Source: an uncultured Lachnospiraceae bacterium (lineage in GTDB: Bacteria > Bacillota > Clostridia > Lachnospirales > Lachnospiraceae). From it: a DNA stretch of 49,442 nt. Under the pieces are notes generated by a model that saw only the letters and a program-made list of their open reading frames with translations, was not told the origin of the DNA and ran no database searches. The translations under genes and the position numbers were made by a program. Each line of letters begins with the position of its first letter. Positions within the stretch are counted from its first letter, which is position 1. This document shows positions 45,707 to 49,442 of the stretch, piece after piece. The DNA lies in NCBI GenBank assembly GCA_949740745.1, contig CATJIW010000196.1:1-49442 (forward strand), read 5' to 3'.

Positions 45707-46692
45707 TACCTGTCCCTCCAATACTGTTTATTCATACTGCAGGCCCTGACCAGCCCTTTCGGCAGCCTCCGGTACCGTTTTCCCAGGAAATACCCCGCAT
45801 ACTTGCAGGCGCTTACCCAAAACAGAACAGGGAGCCAAAAAACGTTTCCTCCCCTGATCAGGCGGAGGGCCGCTGCCCGAACCAGCTTCATGCCCTCTCC
45901 TTCGGAACGGATTCCTCCAAACACCTCCGGATGCTCTGCCTGAGAAACGGCCAGATCAAAATTCCGGTGAAACTGCGCTGCCCCCGACAGGTTATGGGAA
46001 TGGAAGACCCTAGCCGCAGCTACATAAGCGATCCCGTAGCCGGCCTTCACCGCCCTTCCCGCAAAAATCATGTCTTCATTAAAAATGGTCCGCTCCGGAA
46101 AGCCTCCCAGGGAAGCAAAGAGCTCCTTTTTATAAAGGGCGCAGACGTTGGAAGCAAAAAAGGTTTTGATCCCCGTTTCCGGAAGATCCGCCGCAGTTTT
46201 CAACCGGCTCTCTTCCGGATAGTTAAAGTCTCTCGCATACCGCTCCAACAGCCTGCACCCTTTTGCCGGAAGCTGACGGCCATAAGAGAGCAGAAGCTCC
46301 GTATTCCCAAAGCGTCCCTTCTCTGCTCCGCAAAAGCTTTCACAAAAAGGGGACAGTAGCCTCTCCGTCAAATATTCATTTTCCGGCACGGCATCCTGAG
46401 TCATGCAGAGGACATATTCGCTTTTGCAGAAAGCCATGCCGGCATTTCTGGTGCCTCCATGGTCGAATTCCTTTTTAGAAAGGAAATGGCACTCCACCGG
46501 AACCAGACTCTCCAGAATCCATCGTTCCAAAAGTGCACCTGCGCCGGCAGAAGCCTCTGCCTCCGTCACCATCAGCACAATTTTTTCCGGCAGAAGCCTC
46601 TGCCGGTTCAGCATATAGAGCAGATGCCCCAGCTTTGCGTCCGGCCGGTAGACCGGGATCAGGACGTCCAGTTTTCTTTTTTCCTTTGTCAT
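45706..46692 (-). CDS. GT2 rhamnosyltransferase-like protein
   Basis: FDHGGTRN, MTQDA, YGRQLP, FFASNVCA, FNEDM and VFHSHN motifs. Confidence 0.85.
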   Translation of the reverse strand: MTKEKRKLDVLIPVYRPDAKLGHLLYMLNRQRLLPEKIVLMVTEAEASAGAGALLERWILESLVPVECHFLSKKEFDHGGTRNAGMAFCKSEYVLCMTQDAVPENEYLTERLLSPFCESFCGAEKGRFGNTELLLSYGRQLPAKGCRLLERYARDFNYPEESRLKTAADLPETGIKTFFASNVCALYKKELFASLGGFPERTIFNEDMIFAGRAVKAGYGIAYVAAARVFHSHNLSGAAQFHRNFDLAVSQAEHPEVFGGIRSEGEGMKLVRAAALRLIRGGNVFWLPVLFWVSACKYAGYFLGKRYRRLPKGLVRACSMNKQYWRDR

Positions 46693-46716
46693 CTCGCTTC
46701 TCCACCGTTCTAAAGC

Positions 46717-47982
46717 TTAAACTCCCGATGCTGACGCCTTATGGTACTGGTACAGAAAACACCCCAGAAGCAGGAGCACAAGGAATCCCATAACCCCTGT
46801 ATAACAGAGGGCGCCTCCGAAAATCCCATAGTTTGTTATGAGAACGGGCGCCGCTCCCGCGGCCAGTACAAACGAACCGCTGTAGCAAATCAGGATCAGG
46901 ACCTGCCGCCGCATCGTGGTCAGGGCATAATATAACAGCATGACCGCCGCATTAAACCCGCCGCCAAGAATCAAAAGCACCAGCGCGGACCGGTAAGAGG
47001 AAAGGTCATGGCCAAATACAAAAGAAAGTACCGGAATCCCCAGAAGGAAAGCGCCCAGACAGCAGACCGCCGTAAGGACTGCGATCCCTGAGAGCAGCCG
47101 CACCATAAGAGAACGGAACCTGTCCCATTCTCCCAGCTTGCAGCTTGTCCCCATGGTAGTCAGGAGAGGCTTGAAAATAAATCCGCTTAAGAGATTAATC
47201 GTCGAGGTCGGCAGATAAAGATCCGTATAATAAGTGACCGCCTCTGCACTCATGTGGGCATCAATGGCATATTTGGCCGCATTGCAGATATAAAGATACA
47301 AAAAACCGACCACGAACAAAGCAGTACAGTCCTTCAACAGGCCGAACACCCTGCTCCGGGCTTTGGAAAGGGCCAGCGTCCCGAATTCTCCGATCACTGC
47401 CAAATCGAAAACGGCAAAGGCAAAGACAGCCGCCGCCACTGCCGCCCCGCTGGCAGTCACAATATCCTTTGACCAGAATACTGCAAGGATAAAGATGCCG
47501 CCGGAAAAAGCCGTACGGAAGGCAAGGGACTTCCCGGCCACGTCCAGCCGCCCCTGCCTCTGAAATTCTCCCTCAAATACATCCGCCGCTCCGTCCACCA
47601 GCTTATAAAAACACATAAGAAGGATCACGGTCCCTTTTACCGGCTCCGGCCGCAGCATGCAGACGTAGATCACTCCGGCCGCCGCCATGGCCATGCTGGT
47701 AAGGAGTCTGGCAGAAAAATAATCGGAAAAAGTATACTGGCCGGAAATATCTGTCACCTGAAAAGCCCGTACTTCATAATAACCAATAGTAAGAAGCAGC
47801 TGGCCGGTGGTAAAGGCAATAGAAAAAACACCTCCGGCCGCTTCCCCGGCGGCCCTGGCCGCAGCGGCAAAGAGCACAATGCTGGCCAATGCGAACAACA
47901 GGCTCCCAATGATATTCCAGATCACGTTCTTTCTCCCCTGATCCTCTCCGTTTCCCAGGATCAGGGATCTCCATCGCTTCAT
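46717..47982 (-). CDS. Wzx/MOP-family oligosaccharide flippase
   Basis: KNVIWNIIGS N-terminus, RAFQVTD, KYAID; about 12 TM helices. Confidence 0.8.
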   Translation of the reverse strand: MKRWRSLILGNGEDQGRKNVIWNIIGSLLFALASIVLFAAAARAAGEAAGGVFSIAFTTGQLLLTIGYYEVRAFQVTDISGQYTFSDYFSARLLTSMAMAAAGVIYVCMLRPEPVKGTVILLMCFYKLVDGAADVFEGEFQRQGRLDVAGKSLAFRTAFSGGIFILAVFWSKDIVTASGAAVAAAVFAFAVFDLAVIGEFGTLALSKARSRVFGLLKDCTALFVVGFLYLYICNAAKYAIDAHMSAEAVTYYTDLYLPTSTINLLSGFIFKPLLTTMGTSCKLGEWDRFRSLMVRLLSGIAVLTAVCCLGAFLLGIPVLSFVFGHDLSSYRSALVLLILGGGFNAAVMLLYYALTTMRRQVLILICYSGSFVLAAGAAPVLITNYGIFGGALCYTGVMGFLVLLLLGCFLYQYHKASASGV

Positions 47983-47997
47983 CTGACTGTCCCCGTC

Positions 47998-49113
47998 TTA
48001 CCTTCCGAACTCCCGCTCTGCCGCCTTCATGGCAGAACGAATCACCTTGTCCATATCATAATATTTATACTCGGCAAGCCTGCCCCCGAAGATTACCCGC
48101 GCCTCCTGTTTCCCAAGCTCTTCATATTTCTTGTAAAGCGCCTGGTTCTTCTCATCATTAACCGGATAATACGGCTCCAGCCCTTCCTCCCAGGCCGCCG
48201 GATACTCCCTGGTCACCACCGTTTTCGGAATTTCTTTATAGTCTCTGGTACAGTCAAAATGTTTATGCTCGATGGTCCTGGTGTAGGGCACCTCCCTGGC
48301 TGTATGATTAATTACCGCCACCCCCTGGTAATTGTCCGTGTCAAATACATCGTCCTCAAAGCGGAGGCTCCGATATTCCAGCTTGCCGAAACGATAGCCG
48401 AAGTAGGCGTCAAGCGCGCCGGTATAGATCACCCGCTCTCCCATGAGGTCAAGCTCTTCCTTTGCCTCCAGATAATCCGTCTCCAGCCGGACATCACAGC
48501 CTGCAAACAGCTTTTCCGTCAGTCCGTTGTAGCCGCCGATGGGAATCCCCTGATAAGGATCATTAAAGTAATTATTGTCATACGTATAGCGGACCGGAAG
48601 CCTTCTAATGATAAAGCTGGGAAGCTCCCTGCAGTCCCTGCCCCATTGTTTCTCCGTATAGCCTTTGATCAGCTTTTCATAAATGTCCGTTCCTACCAGA
48701 GAAATGGCCTGTTCTTCCAGATTGGCCGGAATGCCGGTAATGCCGGATCGCTGGGCTTCGATCTTTGCTCTGGCCTCCTTGGGTGTCGTCACTCCCCACA
48801 GCCTGCTGAAGGTATTCATATTGAAGGGCATATTATACATCTCTCCCCGGTAATTGGCCACCGGACAGTTGGTGTAGCGGTTAAATTCCACAAGGCCGTT
48901 CACAAACTGCCATACCTCCCGGTCGGAAGTATGGAAAATATGGGCGCCGTAACGGTGAACCGGGATCCCGTCCACGTCCTCGCAGTAAATATTCCCGCCC
49001 AAATGGGAACGCCTCTCCACCACCAGGCAGCGTTTTCCCTTCCTGCCGGCATAATAGGCCATGACTCCGCCGAACAGCCCGCCTCCCACAATCAGATAAT
49101 CATACTTCTTCAT
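47998..49113 (-). CDS. glf: UDP-galactopyranose mutase
   Basis: YDYLIVGGGLFG, HRYGAHIFHT, GYTEKQWG, YFNDPYQGIP and GRLAEYKYYDMD motifs. Confidence 0.97.
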   Translation of the reverse strand: MKKYDYLIVGGGLFGGVMAYYAGRKGKRCLVVERRSHLGGNIYCEDVDGIPVHRYGAHIFHTSDREVWQFVNGLVEFNRYTNCPVANYRGEMYNMPFNMNTFSRLWGVTTPKEARAKIEAQRSGITGIPANLEEQAISLVGTDIYEKLIKGYTEKQWGRDCRELPSFIIRRLPVRYTYDNNYFNDPYQGIPIGGYNGLTEKLFAGCDVRLETDYLEAKEELDLMGERVIYTGALDAYFGYRFGKLEYRSLRFEDDVFDTDNYQGVAVINHTAREVPYTRTIEHKHFDCTRDYKEIPKTVVTREYPAAWEEGLEPYYPVNDEKNQALYKKYEELGKQEARVIFGGRLAEYKYYDMDKVIRSAMKAAEREFGR

Positions 49114-49132
49114 AAAAAGCTTTTCCTTTCAC

Positions 49133-49165
49133 AAAGACTCCGGCCCAAAGGCCGGAGTCCTTTTT
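49133..49165. terminator. Hairpin terminator between leuA and glf
   Basis: Perfect 10-bp stem GACTCCGGCC-CAAA-GGCCGGAGTC, flanked by AAA and TTTTT. Confidence 0.7.
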
Positions 49166-49189
49166 GTCCCGTCAAACTTTATGGATTCC

Positions 49190-49441
49190 TTATTTAAACA
49201 GCCGGTTTAAGCCGCTGAACAGCGCCCGGTGAGAGGCTCTGGTAATGTTGGGGCTCACGCCGACGCCATGAGTTACCTTCCCGGTCTTTACATCCATGAC
49301 CTTGATATAGGCGGCCGCCTGTGCATGGGAGCCTTCTCCCAGCGCATGCTCCGAATAATCCAGAACCTTCACATGGATCCCGGTGGTCTGCTCAATGGCT
49401 TCCCGCACCGCATCAATGGGGCCGTTCCCGACTCCGACCGC
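49190..49441 (-). CDS. leuA: 2-isopropylmalate synthase, C-terminal regulatory domain (partial)
   Basis: The frame is open to the window edge: GVGNGPIDAV...LDYSEHALGEGSHAQAAAYI...GVGVSPNITRAS. Confidence 0.88.
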   Translation of the reverse strand, partial: AVGVGNGPIDAVREAIEQTTGIHVKVLDYSEHALGEGSHAQAAAYIKVMDVKTGKVTHGVGVSPNITRASHRALFSGLNRLFK

Positions 49442-49442
49442 C

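Overview
Almost the whole window is one minus-strand cell-envelope glycopolymer locus, most likely from a Clostridia/Lachnospiraceae-type Firmicute (inferred from ChW repeats, DUF6077-like proteins and sigmaA-type promoters). It is flanked upstream by the 3' end of leuA and runs off the left edge into a GT4 gene. In transcription order it encodes: glf; a Wzx-type flippase; a rhamnosyltransferase; a GacI/GacJ-like GT2+DUF2304 pair; an LtaS/GacH-family phosphoglycerol transferase; four GT-C-like membrane proteins interspersed with two more polyprenol-P-sugar synthases and an acyltransferase; rmlC; Wzm/Wzt (with a C-terminal carbohydrate-binding domain); a methyltransferase coupled to a kinase-fold/coiled-coil protein; three large two-domain GT2s; ugd; four secreted ChW-repeat enzymes (CHAP, transglutaminase-like, L,D-transpeptidase, GH25); and a priming-transferase sub-operon. 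The most notable observations are: (1) a split WbdD-like chain-capping/ruler module beside Wzt-C; (2) a cassette of four ChW-repeat wall enzymes (27 repeats, always in triplets) embedded in the glycan locus, suggesting a ChW/glycan anchoring system; (3) a circularly permuted GH25 muramidase; (4) a Wzc-like co-polymerase with a degenerate kinase domain; and (5) a perfect WalR-type box upstream of the priming-transferase promoter. No RNA genes, IS elements or CRISPR arrays were seen. All family calls come from motif recognition by eye, not from database searches.
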